Shown: piece by piece, positions 44,525 to 53,691 of the stretch
Layout: every line of letters starts with the position of its first letter
How positions within the stretch are numbered: the first letter of the stretch is position 1
IMG/VR virus record: IMGVR_UViG_3300028887_000103
Location: 1-64,000 of that record
Direction: 5' to 3' (one strand)
DNA length: 64,000 bases
DNA from: a virus
Taxonomy: Duplodnaviria; Caudoviricetes
Made by a program: the position numbers and the translations under genes
Notes under the pieces: model-generated
Databases searched by the model: none
What the model was told of the DNA's origin: nothing
What the model saw: only the letters and a program-made list of their open reading frames with translations

Positions 44525-45405
44525 AAATAATTATGTTGAAGGGGTTGCCTGCGAGTGGAAAATCTACTTGGGCTAGGGAGCGTCAAAAGGAAGGTGGCAA
44601 TTATCTAGTCATAAGCAAAGATGAAATTCGTAAGATGTTCGGCGGGTATGCCCCCAAGCGAGAGAAAGATGTCTTAAGAGTAAGAAATGAACTGATAAAA
44701 CTGGGCATTAAACTACGCAAGAATGTAATAGTGGATGATACCAACTTGAACATCAAGCACGAAAGATATATCAGACAATTGGCAAATGAACTAGGGGTGA
44801 AGTTTGAAATCAACGATGACTTTATGGAAGTTCCACCAGAAGAATGTATAAAACGAGATTTACACCGTGGAGAAAAGGCCGTCGGTGCTAGCGTGATTTG
44901 GGATATGTATTATAGATGGGTGGCACCAGACCCACAAGTCAATTTAGATGTAAACTTTGACAAACCGAGGTGTGTGATTTGTGATGTCGATGGCACATTG
45001 GCTCTGAATACAGAGGGCAGAAGTTTCTACGATTTGTCCAGAGTTAACGAGGATACGGCTGACCCGTTTGTCTCTTGCGTAGTAGATGCTCTGTATAACT
45101 ATGGCACTGAAATCAATGGGGATAAATACCCTAGCATAATTATCTTGAGTGGAAGGGAAGAAATAAGTAGAGAAGCCACGGAGGGGTGGCTTAAACAATA
45201 TGGTATTCCTTATGACCAAGTGATAATGCGAGAAACTGGGGATAAACGGAGTGATAGTATTGTGAAGCGAGAACTCTATGAAAAATATGTAGAGCCAAAC
45301 TACTGTGTCTTGGGAGTGATAGATGATAGACCTAGCGTCTGTGCTGTCTGGCGTAGTTTAGGCTTAAGAGTTGCTCAAGTTGGTAACCCATATATTGATT
45401 TCTGA
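44521..45405 (+). CDS. pseT: Polynucleotide 5'-kinase/3'-phosphatase (T4 PseT-like)
   Basis: GLPASGKST Walker A; VIVDDTNL; HAD DVDGTL; LSGRE; IDDRP. Confidence 0.92.
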   Translation: MKIIMLKGLPASGKSTWARERQKEGGNYLVISKDEIRKMFGGYAPKREKDVLRVRNELIKLGIKLRKNVIVDDTNLNIKHERYIRQLANELGVKFEINDDFMEVPPEECIKRDLHRGEKAVGASVIWDMYYRWVAPDPQVNLDVNFDKPRCVICDVDGTLALNTEGRSFYDLSRVNEDTADPFVSCVVDALYNYGTEINGDKYPSIIILSGREEISREATEGWLKQYGIPYDQVIMRETGDKRSDSIVKRELYEKYVEPNYCVLGVIDDRPSVCAVWRSLGLRVAQVGNPYIDF

Positions 45406-45443
45406 ACTAGAAGTATGTTAAACTATAAAAAAGGAGACAATAG

Positions 45444-45656
45444 ATGAAAGAAAAAGCAACAAGTGGCGGAGTAGGTTTCTTAAGTTTACTATTCTTGCTA
45501 TTTCTAGGTTTGAAACTTGGTAATGTGATTGACTGGTCGTGGTGGTGGGTGTTTGCACCACTTTGGGTTCCAGTGGCACTGTTCGTAGTCTTTATCGGGC
45601 TAGCGTTCTTGGGAGTGGTAATCTTTAACCCAAGATGGAAGAAGGGAAAGAAATGA
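45444..45656 (+). CDS. Small membrane protein
   Basis: LKLGNVIDWSWWWVFAPLW. Confidence 0.75.
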   Translation: MKEKATSGGVGFLSLLFLLFLGLKLGNVIDWSWWWVFAPLWVPVALFVVFIGLAFLGVVIFNPRWKKGKK

Positions 45657-46063
45657 TTACACCTTTTCGTCAGATTCGAAATGGATTTAGAAGAGTCAAG
45701 TGGTGGTTTATGCGAGCCAACGGGACACTTCCACCGTGCGACTGGTGGGATTATAAGTATAGTCTTGCCGACTTTATCAAGCAGGGGCTTTCTGGGTTAT
45801 TGCACGAAGGAGTGACTGACTGGGATAGCAAACATCATAAGAAGGAAAAGAAGGATTTGGAGTTTGTTCTAGACTGGGCTATTGAGTTCCCTTATTATGA
45901 ATCTGGAATAATTGCAAGCAATGAGGATGACTGCAAAAATCTAAAAAACCAGTTCGGTGATGAAGTTTTGGTAATGACAAAAGATGACTTTGAGGAGTTC
46001 CAGAAGAGGACAGAAAAAGCATTTAAACTGTTAGCGAAAAATATACATACTTTATGGGATTAA
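45653..46063 (+). CDS. Hypothetical protein
   Basis: ATGA overlap. Confidence 0.6.
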   Translation: MITPFRQIRNGFRRVKWWFMRANGTLPPCDWWDYKYSLADFIKQGLSGLLHEGVTDWDSKHHKKEKKDLEFVLDWAIEFPYYESGIIASNEDDCKNLKNQFGDEVLVMTKDDFEEFQKRTEKAFKLLAKNIHTLWD

Positions 46064-46064
46064 G

Positions 46065-46826
46065 ATGAAAACAAAAGATTTAGATATAGTTTACTGTCTC
46101 AAAGAAAAAGTAACTCACGAGGAGTTCAGGTATTCTTTGAGGTCATTGAAAAACATAGAGCACAACCGAGTATGGGTTTTTGGTGGCTGTCCAGATTGGC
46201 TTGATTTAGATAAGGTAGAATATGTCAAGACACTACAGAATAAGGGGAATAAATGGCTCAATGTGGCAAGTATGCTTTTAGAGATTGCAGAGAATGACAA
46301 TGTCACGGAAGATTTTATCTGGTTCAATGACGATTTCTTTGTGCTTCAAAAAACAGATGAGTTGAATTACTACTATGATAGGACACTTTCAGCCAGAATA
46401 TCTGATTTCTATAAACTTCATCTGTATCTGATGAATAACAACTACACTCGTAGGTTGGCGAATGCGAATAGAGCGTTGAAGTGGAAGAAACAAACCACAC
46501 TAAACTATGAATTACATTTACCGATAATCTTTAACCGTAAGAAGTTGGCAGAAGTGATAAAGGCTTATCCAAATGTCGGTGCCAAGAGAAGTCTCTACGG
46601 GAATAATTATGTAGAAGATGCCATCCAACGAAATGATGTTAAGATATATGACAATGAAAATACCCCCGACGATACTTGGGATTTTGTATCCACTAGCGAT
46701 AGTTCTTTTGTTGCAGGAAATGTTGGAAAATATATTCGTCAGAAGTTTAAGGCTAAAAGCAAATATGAAAAAGTTGACAAGAAAAAAAGCAAGCGCTATA
46801 ATAAAACTGAAAAGGAGAACGAATGA
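46065..46826 (+). CDS. Stealth-family-like phosphoglycosyl (hexose-1-P) transferase
   Basis: LDIVY, EFRYSLRSL, FIWFNDDFF motifs. Confidence 0.7.
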   Translation: MKTKDLDIVYCLKEKVTHEEFRYSLRSLKNIEHNRVWVFGGCPDWLDLDKVEYVKTLQNKGNKWLNVASMLLEIAENDNVTEDFIWFNDDFFVLQKTDELNYYYDRTLSARISDFYKLHLYLMNNNYTRRLANANRALKWKKQTTLNYELHLPIIFNRKKLAEVIKAYPNVGAKRSLYGNNYVEDAIQRNDVKIYDNENTPDDTWDFVSTSDSSFVAGNVGKYIRQKFKAKSKYEKVDKKKSKRYNKTEKENE

Positions 46827-47122
46827 ACTGCTGGGATTCGCCACTAGATAAAATAACTTACTATCCACTAACGGATACAGTTAAATATGAAACATTTTCT
46901 AATAAGGAGGCAAATATGTCACTAACTAAAAGATATGCTAACAGAAATCGTAGTGCCGATGAGCAACTGGCCATAGATGAAGGGCTTTTGCGGGAAGATG
47001 GGACTCTGACTTCAGAAGGGCGAGAGTTTCTTTGTCAGATACTTTTTGATGATGAGAGTATCAAAGAAAAGTTCTATGAGGCTTTACGAGAGTTGATTGA
47101 TGAAGAAGACGAGGAAGAATAA
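46823..47122 (+). CDS. Hypothetical protein
   Basis: ORF; internal SD AAGGAGG suggests later start near 46916. Confidence 0.5.
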   Translation: MNCWDSPLDKITYYPLTDTVKYETFSNKEANMSLTKRYANRNRSADEQLAIDEGLLREDGTLTSEGREFLCQILFDDESIKEKFYEALRELIDEEDEEE

Positions 47123-47201
47123 TGGATATTGACAATCCTAGTCCGAAAGTAGCCCTTACCGAGAATGGAATAGTAGTCAAAAATCGGGCTTATCGGAGGA
47201 A

Positions 47202-47621
47202 GTGGAAAAACAGGGCTATGTTAGAGGGGAAACAGTCCAAGAAGTTCTATACTCAAAAGAAGAAAGGGAAAAGGAAGAAAAAATGAAAGATGAAATGAAA
47301 AAAGCCAGAAATCTGGTCAATAAAATTGTGAAGAAGTTTAATCGTAACGATTTAGATTGGACAGTGCAAGTGAGTATTAACTCTACCCGTCCAGAACGAG
47401 TGAATTACTGTGCTCAAATAGAAGCACCGGCTAATGGGTTACAACCATTGACTTGGGTGAAAGAAAGTTTTGCCGAGTTAGAAGATGCATTGAAAATCGC
47501 CGAAAAGGGTTTAGACCAAGATGCTGTGGATAGGGCTTGGCACGAGGCTGAAATACAGAGGGCAGAGTCCCTTATTAAATACCACAAGGACGCTATTGCT
47601 GAACTTGATAATGAAAGTTAG
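47202..47621 (+). CDS. Hypothetical protein
   Basis: SD GGAG, GTG start. Confidence 0.6.
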   Translation: MEKQGYVRGETVQEVLYSKEEREKEEKMKDEMKKARNLVNKIVKKFNRNDLDWTVQVSINSTRPERVNYCAQIEAPANGLQPLTWVKESFAELEDALKIAEKGLDQDAVDRAWHEAEIQRAESLIKYHKDAIAELDNES

Positions 47622-47631
47622 ATGATATAAA

Positions 47632-47904
47632 ATGGGGGTTATAAAAAGAAAAGGAGAGCAGATGGAAAGTTTAAGTTCAAAAGCAAAAGAGTTCTTAAGG
47701 TTATGGACGGAGTTAAGCCCGTATGCGAAGAATTCCACATCCGTAGTCAATGACAAAGAAAATTGTAGAATATACTTTGTGATTGACGATTTCGATGGAA
47801 ATGTAGGAAGTTTTGAATATCATCTCTACCACAAGAATATGACAGGGTTTGAGACTTTAGAAGATAAGAAACCTTACAAGATTACAGATTTGATAAACTC
47901 ATAA
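47632..47904 (+). CDS. Hypothetical protein (start probably 47662)
   Basis: SD AAAGGAG. Confidence 0.55.
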   Translation: MGVIKRKGEQMESLSSKAKEFLRLWTELSPYAKNSTSVVNDKENCRIYFVIDDFDGNVGSFEYHLYHKNMTGFETLEDKKPYKITDLINS

Positions 47905-47984
47905 CCTCTTGTATTTTTCTACAAAATGACTTATAATAATAATTGGTAATGCTATAAATATCATTTAACAAAAGGAGGTATGAA

Positions 47985-48383
47985 ATGGCAATCAATTCAG
48001 TAAATCTAGTCGGAAGGCTAGTTCAAGACCCAACACTAAAATCTGTCGGGGATAATTTACAGATGTGCCAATTTACTTTAGCCGTTGACAAACGAGGCAA
48101 GGATAAAGGAACAAACTTTATTGATTGCGTGGCTTGGAATAAGACGGCAGAAACAATTGCCCAATATGTGAAAAAAGGTAATCAGTTCGGGGTGTCAGGT
48201 CGTCTAGACCACCAAGTCTGGGAAAAAGATGGACAGAAGAACAGCAAGATTTCTGTTATCGTGGACGATTTTACTTTTGTTTCTGGAGGAGAAAGAAAAA
48301 CCCCTAGCGAAGAAGTTGGCTTGTATGATAGACCACCGAAAGAAGACAAAGAAGAAATAGATTTGAGTCAGATTCCTTTCTAG
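47985..48383 (+). CDS. ssb: Single-stranded DNA-binding protein
   Basis: INSVNLVGRL..FIDCVAWNKTAE..VSGRL; acidic tail EEIDLSQIPF. Confidence 0.97.
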   Translation: MAINSVNLVGRLVQDPTLKSVGDNLQMCQFTLAVDKRGKDKGTNFIDCVAWNKTAETIAQYVKKGNQFGVSGRLDHQVWEKDGQKNSKISVIVDDFTFVSGGERKTPSEEVGLYDRPPKEDKEEIDLSQIPF

Positions 48384-48403
48384 ATTTATTGTCTGCGAAG
48401 CGC

Positions 48404-48429
48404 AAAAAATCCTCTACGGAGGGTTTTTT
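48404..48429 (+). terminator. Intrinsic terminator
   Basis: AAAAAATCCTC-TACG-GAGGGTTTTTT. Confidence 0.8.
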
Positions 48430-48549
48430 GTTGAGTATGCTATAATGATGCTAGTTTTAGTTCCCCAGAAAACTAAAACTGTAAACCGTTGGCGAGGACA
48501 TAGATGTCCTAACCAGAAATACAACAACTAAAACCGAAAGGGGAATACA

Positions 48550-49188
48550 GTGAAAAAAAATCTTAAAGATGTCAATATGGGCTGGGTTGCGACATCTGCT
48601 ATAGTGGCTTATGCAATTATAGCGATTGCGACTGATATGTTCGCAAACAAAATGCTAAGCATCGGAAGTCTAACGCTAGCAGGCGGTATTCTGATGATTC
48701 CGTTCAGTTTCACCATTCGTGACTTAATCCACAAATTGATTGGGTTTGACAATGTGAAGAAGGTGGTCTGGACTACTGCAATTGTAAATCTAGTGGTAGC
48801 GATATTACTTATCGTTCTAGATGTTATTCCGTCGGCAGTTCCGGGCCAACAAGAGGCTTGGCACGCTTTGATGGGTGCTAGTTGGCGAGTGATAATCGCT
48901 TCGTTCATAGCACAACTTGTGGCTGATTTAGGTAATACCTATGTCTACCAATGGGTGTGGAATAAACTTGGCGATAAACACGTTTGGTTGAGGACTATCA
49001 TTTCAAACTTGCCAGCGTGTTTTCTAGATTCGGCGATATTCAGTTATATTGCGTTTCTAGGGGTGCTTGACCCAAACATTATCTGGGCGAGTGTTATAAG
49101 TTCATTCGCAGTAAAGTATGTCCTGTCGATTGTAGCGACACCACTTACTTACTTGAGTGAAACAAAGGAAAAAGAAAAGAAGAAATGA
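48550..49188 (+). CDS. yhhQ: Queuosine-precursor (preQ0/preQ1) transporter, YhhQ/VUT family
   Basis: FANKML..GILMIPFSFTIRDLIH..RVIIASFIAQLV..LRTIISN..DSAIFSYIAF. Confidence 0.88.
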   Translation: MKKNLKDVNMGWVATSAIVAYAIIAIATDMFANKMLSIGSLTLAGGILMIPFSFTIRDLIHKLIGFDNVKKVVWTTAIVNLVVAILLIVLDVIPSAVPGQQEAWHALMGASWRVIIASFIAQLVADLGNTYVYQWVWNKLGDKHVWLRTIISNLPACFLDSAIFSYIAFLGVLDPNIIWASVISSFAVKYVLSIVATPLTYLSETKEKEKKK

Positions 49189-49230
49189 CAATATCCTGCT
49201 GGTCTGGGCTGGCAGGGGTAAAGGAATAGA

Positions 49231-49473
49231 ATGAGTCTAATTGAAGCAACAGGTCTAATAGCAACACTCCTAGTCTTTGTATCGTTCCTACCCAAGAATA
49301 TCGTGTTTATCCGATGGGCTAACTTGATAGGAAGTATATTCTTCGTCATCTATGGCTTTGGGATAGGTGCGTTCTGGACGGGGTTTATGAATGCTTGTTT
49401 GATACTTGTTCAGGCTTATCACTTAACTAAAATCTATATGGAAAGGAAAAAGAATGGCAGGAAAGATAAATAG
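49231..49473 (+). CDS. Small three-TM membrane protein (YgjV/PQ-loop-like)
   Basis: FIRWANLIGSIFFVIYG motif. Confidence 0.65.
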   Translation: MSLIEATGLIATLLVFVSFLPKNIVFIRWANLIGSIFFVIYGFGIGAFWTGFMNACLILVQAYHLTKIYMERKKNGRKDK

Positions 49474-49816
49474 TCTTACTGAAGAAGAGCAAGCAAAATG
49501 GCTTGACAATACTTATGGGATTGACGAGATTAAATTCGTCGAGGAAATACAGCATCATTGTCCACTAGGTGAGCAGGTCGGAGTGACAACTTATAATGTG
49601 GAAGTCGTGCCTGGAAAGCACTTGGCAGAGTTAATCCAACTGCACTGGGATATTCAGAAACTAATGGGACAAACATTCACACTTGAAAGTGGTGCTGCTG
49701 AAGTTCTAGAGATAGTGAAAAAAGCGTATGTTGACCCTGAATATGTCTGTGTGAGAGCCAAGTGTCCACCCAACCGACATATGAGCGTGGAAGTATCAGT
49801 GGAATACGAGGGTTAA
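49454..49816 (+). CDS. QueF-like tunnel-fold protein
   Basis: HHCPLG (Cys-Pro), FTLE, YVCVRAK; inside deazaguanine cluster. Confidence 0.6.
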   Translation: MAGKINSLTEEEQAKWLDNTYGIDEIKFVEEIQHHCPLGEQVGVTTYNVEVVPGKHLAELIQLHWDIQKLMGQTFTLESGAAEVLEIVKKAYVDPEYVCVRAKCPPNRHMSVEVSVEYEG

Positions 49817-50638
49817 ATGTTACTGTTCTTCGCCGCTACAGAAGCAAGACAACACAGGGACGCTGCAATCGAGGGAGGTGTTAAAAACTCCCTCCAGTCT
49901 TTTTACACACTAGGTTGCGGTAAAGGAGTTCCAGATAACAAGAAGTTTGAGAATTATCTACTTGATTCGGGTGGGTATTCTGCTAGAAAGCACGGTATAG
50001 ACATCAATGTCGAAGATTATGCTAGGTATCTCAATAACTACAAGATTAAAGTGGCGTTCAATCTAGACTTCAAGGACAATGACAAAAGTCTTCGGAATCA
50101 GAAATATCTTGAAACCCATACCGATACTTATGTGCTTCCTGTTTACCACGGGACAGAATGGATGAATCCGAAGTGGGATGGGTTGCTTGAATACTATATG
50201 GAACACTACCCATATATTGCTTTGGGTGGTATGGCAGGCAGGGAAAACTCGAAGGAAAATCTACCGAGATTTTTGAATTATGTATTCAGCAGAACTAAAA
50301 ACAAAACCCAAGTTCACGGTCTAGGAATGACTAGTGAGCCACTGCTTAAGCAATATCCGTTCTATTCTGTCGATTCCACGAGTTGGATGAGTCCAGCATT
50401 GTTCGCCAACAGCAGAATACACGGCGAGAAGTGGATGAAGGCTAACGCTAAAAGCAGACACTTCACCTATAACATCATAGATGAGATGCCGTTCTGGTTT
50501 AAACTTGAAAAAGATGTTACGAAACTCTGGGAACAAAGAGGGGTGAGGTGGGGAAAGTTTGATTATGATATATTCATATCAAAGAGGAAGAAAGAAATTC
50601 CTACTTTTGAAGAATGGAGAAATCATAATATAATATAA
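49817..50638 (+). CDS. dpdA: DpdA-like DNA-guanine transglycosylase, paralogue 1
   Basis: LLDSGGYS, AFNLD, PVYHG, IALGGMAG, VHGLGM, VDSTSW (TGT-fold motifs). Confidence 0.82.
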   Translation: MLLFFAATEARQHRDAAIEGGVKNSLQSFYTLGCGKGVPDNKKFENYLLDSGGYSARKHGIDINVEDYARYLNNYKIKVAFNLDFKDNDKSLRNQKYLETHTDTYVLPVYHGTEWMNPKWDGLLEYYMEHYPYIALGGMAGRENSKENLPRFLNYVFSRTKNKTQVHGLGMTSEPLLKQYPFYSVDSTSWMSPALFANSRIHGEKWMKANAKSRHFTYNIIDEMPFWFKLEKDVTKLWEQRGVRWGKFDYDIFISKRKKEIPTFEEWRNHNII

Positions 50639-50640
50639 CT

Positions 50641-51156
50641 ATGGCAAGTGGTGTTTATATTATAAAAGTAGGCAAAACTAAATATGTCGGAGCATCTGGC
50701 AATCTAAAGGTTAGAAAAGAAATACATTTTAATCAATTAAAAAGAGGAAAGCATTATAATCCATATTTACAAGAAGCCTACAACAAAAGTCAGGAATTTC
50801 GATTTGAAATAATAGAAGAGTGTGAAAATTCTTTTGAAAGGGAAAGGTGGTGGGTAGAGAGAATAGGAATAGAAAAATTAGCAAATGAAATTCTACCAGA
50901 CGGGGTTAGTGGGATTCCAAGCGAGAGGATGAATAAGAAGCGTTCAGATTCTCTAAAAAAGTATTATGAAACCCACGATGGTAATAAAACTTGGTTAGGG
51001 AAGACCAGGTCAGAAGAAACAAAACAAAAACTCCGAGAGCATCATAACCCTAAGAGCAATCCAAAAGGGTGTGTTCGGTCCGAGGAAACAAAGAGGAAAA
51101 TCTCAGAATCAATTAAGAAGTGGCATCAGGAGAGGAAAAATGCAGGAAAAAGCTAA
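50641..51156 (+). CDS. GIY-YIG homing endonuclease with NUMOD3 repeats
   Basis: SGVYII..YVGAS; RSEETKQKL / RSEETKRKIS. Confidence 0.88.
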   Translation: MASGVYIIKVGKTKYVGASGNLKVRKEIHFNQLKRGKHYNPYLQEAYNKSQEFRFEIIEECENSFERERWWVERIGIEKLANEILPDGVSGIPSERMNKKRSDSLKKYYETHDGNKTWLGKTRSEETKQKLREHHNPKSNPKGCVRSEETKRKISESIKKWHQERKNAGKS

Positions 51157-51796
51157 AGAAATATTTGAGTTTGACCCTAAAAAACTTTTGAAGGTTCCTA
51201 TTTCGGAGGTTCGGGAAAATAATTGGAATCCAAAAGACCCAAATAGCCCAGAATATGAAAAAGTAAAAAGGTCTATCGAAATCAATGGTTTAACTCAACC
51301 AATTTTTGTTAGAGAGAATAGTGATGGGGATACAAAATATGAAGTCTTAGACGGAGCTCATAGATTTAGAAGTTGCAAAGAATTGGGGTTCAAGGAAATT
51401 TACATCTATAACGAAGGTGTTGTCCCAGACCCTTTGGCAAAAAGTTTCACTATCTATCATCAAATTCAGGTTCCGTTCGATGAAGCAGAATTGGCACCAA
51501 TCGTGATGGAGTTAAACAACTTGCAGATGGAGTTACCTTACAACGAACTAGAGATAGATGGTTTTAGGAACTTGGCTAGTTTTGATTTTGATAAGGCTTA
51601 CGAAAGTCAAACACCGTTGAAAGAAGACAATGACAAAGATGAGGAAATCTTAACTATAAAGATGACGGCAGACCAGATAGAAAAGGTCAATAACGCTATC
51701 GAGGAAGTGAAGGCTTCTAAAAAAGTAAAAGAAGGGGAGGCATTGACAATGTTATGCGAAGGAGGGCTAGATGTTATATTTTCTGACGAATCTTAA
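51140..51796 (+). CDS. ParB-N-terminal-domain protein 1
   Basis: VRENNWNPK..GLTQPIFVR..YEVLDGAHR. Confidence 0.85.
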   Translation: MQEKAKEIFEFDPKKLLKVPISEVRENNWNPKDPNSPEYEKVKRSIEINGLTQPIFVRENSDGDTKYEVLDGAHRFRSCKELGFKEIYIYNEGVVPDPLAKSFTIYHQIQVPFDEAELAPIVMELNNLQMELPYNELEIDGFRNLASFDFDKAYESQTPLKEDNDKDEEILTIKMTADQIEKVNNAIEEVKASKKVKEGEALTMLCEGGLDVIFSDES

Positions 51797-52676
51797 GAAA
51801 CAGGCACCGTGGCAAATAGACTATGAAAATCTTTACCAGAAATACTTGACCGTGCCATATAAAGTTCTTACAGATAGAAGTCAATTGAGTGAGTTGACCG
51901 ATAAAGATATTCTTTGGATACAACACTTTTTGGATATTGATACTCCAGAAACTAGGGCTTGCAAGGCTCGTAAGATGGCTCAGGTCAATGGAACAGCAGT
52001 CAACCCGTATATTGGTGCCGTGGATAAGAAACAGGAAGAAATTGAATACAACGAGATTTTAGACATTGCTTTGGTTTTTGATAGCGTAATCTCTTCCACA
52101 ATGAAACACGCTTATCCGAAGGTAGATTTTTGGCGAGTAGGGTTCCCGATTCCAGAAATAAAACTTCCTCAAGTAGAAAAAAAGAAACAAATCTGCATTG
52201 CTGGAAGGCTGGATGCTTACAAGAATGTGAATATAAATATCTGGCTGACAGAGAATTTACGACGAGAAGGGTATAAAGTAATCTTCTGTTACCCAGATAA
52301 AGATGTCCAAGCAGAAAGAGTCCAACTTTACAAACCAGAGAAGTTTGACAATCTTGAGTTCAGACGCTGTAAGAAGGAAGAATGGCTACAGATTGCCAAC
52401 GAGAGTGAGTTCTATCTTTTGACAAGTTTCGATGATGTCTGTTCTGTGAGTATGTGGGAAGCCTACTATGCTGGGTGCTATTTACTTATTCCAGACATTC
52501 AAACCGGAATTATCAGGTATCCTGCGTATGTCAATCCACAGTTCCGTGCGTTTGACCGAGATTCTTTGGAATGTTTAGTGGAAACAAAACCAAAACAAAC
52601 CGTCAATACAATCAATATAATACCTCAAAAATGCGTAGAAAGGTTGGAGGAATACTTAAATGAAGAAAGTCTATGA
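51771..52676 (+). CDS. GT-B (family 4-like) glycosyltransferase
   Basis: IAGRLDAYKN..FYLLTSFDD..SMWEAYYAG. Confidence 0.7.
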   Translation: MLYFLTNLKKQAPWQIDYENLYQKYLTVPYKVLTDRSQLSELTDKDILWIQHFLDIDTPETRACKARKMAQVNGTAVNPYIGAVDKKQEEIEYNEILDIALVFDSVISSTMKHAYPKVDFWRVGFPIPEIKLPQVEKKKQICIAGRLDAYKNVNINIWLTENLRREGYKVIFCYPDKDVQAERVQLYKPEKFDNLEFRRCKKEEWLQIANESEFYLLTSFDDVCSVSMWEAYYAGCYLLIPDIQTGIIRYPAYVNPQFRAFDRDSLECLVETKPKQTVNTINIIPQKCVERLEEYLNEESL

Positions 52677-53691
52677 TTTAGATGGGACTATCTGTGAAAA
52701 TGGAAGTCCAGAAAACTTTGCAAATGCAATTGCTTTTAAGGAAGTGATTGCTGAAATAAACAATTCTTACGATGCTGGCGATGAAATCGTGATTCACACT
52801 GCTAGGCTAGCAAAAGACCGAGAAGTGACAAAAGAATGGCTTAAAAAGAATGGAGTAAAGTATCACGAGTTGCTAATGGGCAAACCAACGGCTGACCTCT
52901 ATATTGATGATAAAGCCCTTCCTTACATTCCAGCAAGAGGGCCACAACTCAATAGGAAGAAGTTGGCTGTCTGTATCTCTGGAGGGATGGATTCTTACAT
53001 CGCTTACTGGTATGCCATCTATGAAAAAGGATATGACCCTGAAGATATTATCTGTCTAAACTTTGATATCGGGCATCCTTACAGAAAGAAAGAACAGGAA
53101 TGTTTGAAAAAGTTAGAAATTCCTTATGAAACTATCACGGTGGATATTTTGCGACCAGAGTTTGGCAATATGCCAGACGAGGAAAATTATATTATCCCGG
53201 CAAGGAATATGATTTTTGCGTCTATAGCATCTGGATTTGCTGAACGGGTGTGGATAATGGGAATGAAATACGAAGACCATTACTTTATGCTAGACAAGAA
53301 TACAAACTTCTTTAAGGGTGCGTCTTTCATTTTAAGTCAAGCAACAGGAAACCCTACAGTAGTGGAAACCCCGTTCAAGAACTTGACAAAAACTGACATC
53401 ATTAACTGGGCAAAGAACTTCAAACTTCCTCACCTGCACGATACGACTTCTTGCTATAACCCAGACCATCAAAGATGTGGTAAATGTTCGCTATGCTTTA
53501 AGAGATATATCGCTATGAAGGCTTGTGGTCTAGACGAAGAGTTTGCTACTGACCCTACCCAATCAGAAGAGGCAAAGCGTCTAGTGGAGGCTTACAGAGA
53601 AGCAGTGAAAAATAATGATTACACCCACTACCAGAAGGATAGAATTGAAGAAACCTTCCGAGTGCTGGGTTTGGATGAAAAAGGATACTAG
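52660..53691 (+). CDS. queC: HAD phosphatase fused to QueC-like 7-cyano-7-deazaguanine synthase
   Basis: N-terminal DLDGT..HTAR..KP..YIDDK; C-terminal SGGMDS, PARNMIF, SCY..CGKCSLC. Confidence 0.85.
   Translation: MKKVYDLDGTICENGSPENFANAIAFKEVIAEINNSYDAGDEIVIHTARLAKDREVTKEWLKKNGVKYHELLMGKPTADLYIDDKALPYIPARGPQLNRKKLAVCISGGMDSYIAYWYAIYEKGYDPEDIICLNFDIGHPYRKKEQECLKKLEIPYETITVDILRPEFGNMPDEENYIIPARNMIFASIASGFAERVWIMGMKYEDHYFMLDKNTNFFKGASFILSQATGNPTVVETPFKNLTKTDIINWAKNFKLPHLHDTTSCYNPDHQRCGKCSLCFKRYIAMKACGLDEEFATDPTQSEEAKRLVEAYREAVKNNDYTHYQKDRIEETFRVLGLDEKGY

Noticed and set aside
48450-48485. Canonical preQ1-I riboswitch
   Set aside because: The A-rich tail is present, but no upstream strand to form P1 with CCCCAG; kept only as a candidate leader
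50641-51156. GIY-YIG gene as part of a group I intron splitting dpdA
   Set aside because: dpdA1 ends with the same C-terminal motif as dpdA2 (TFEEW/TYEEW), and no intron core flanks the ORF
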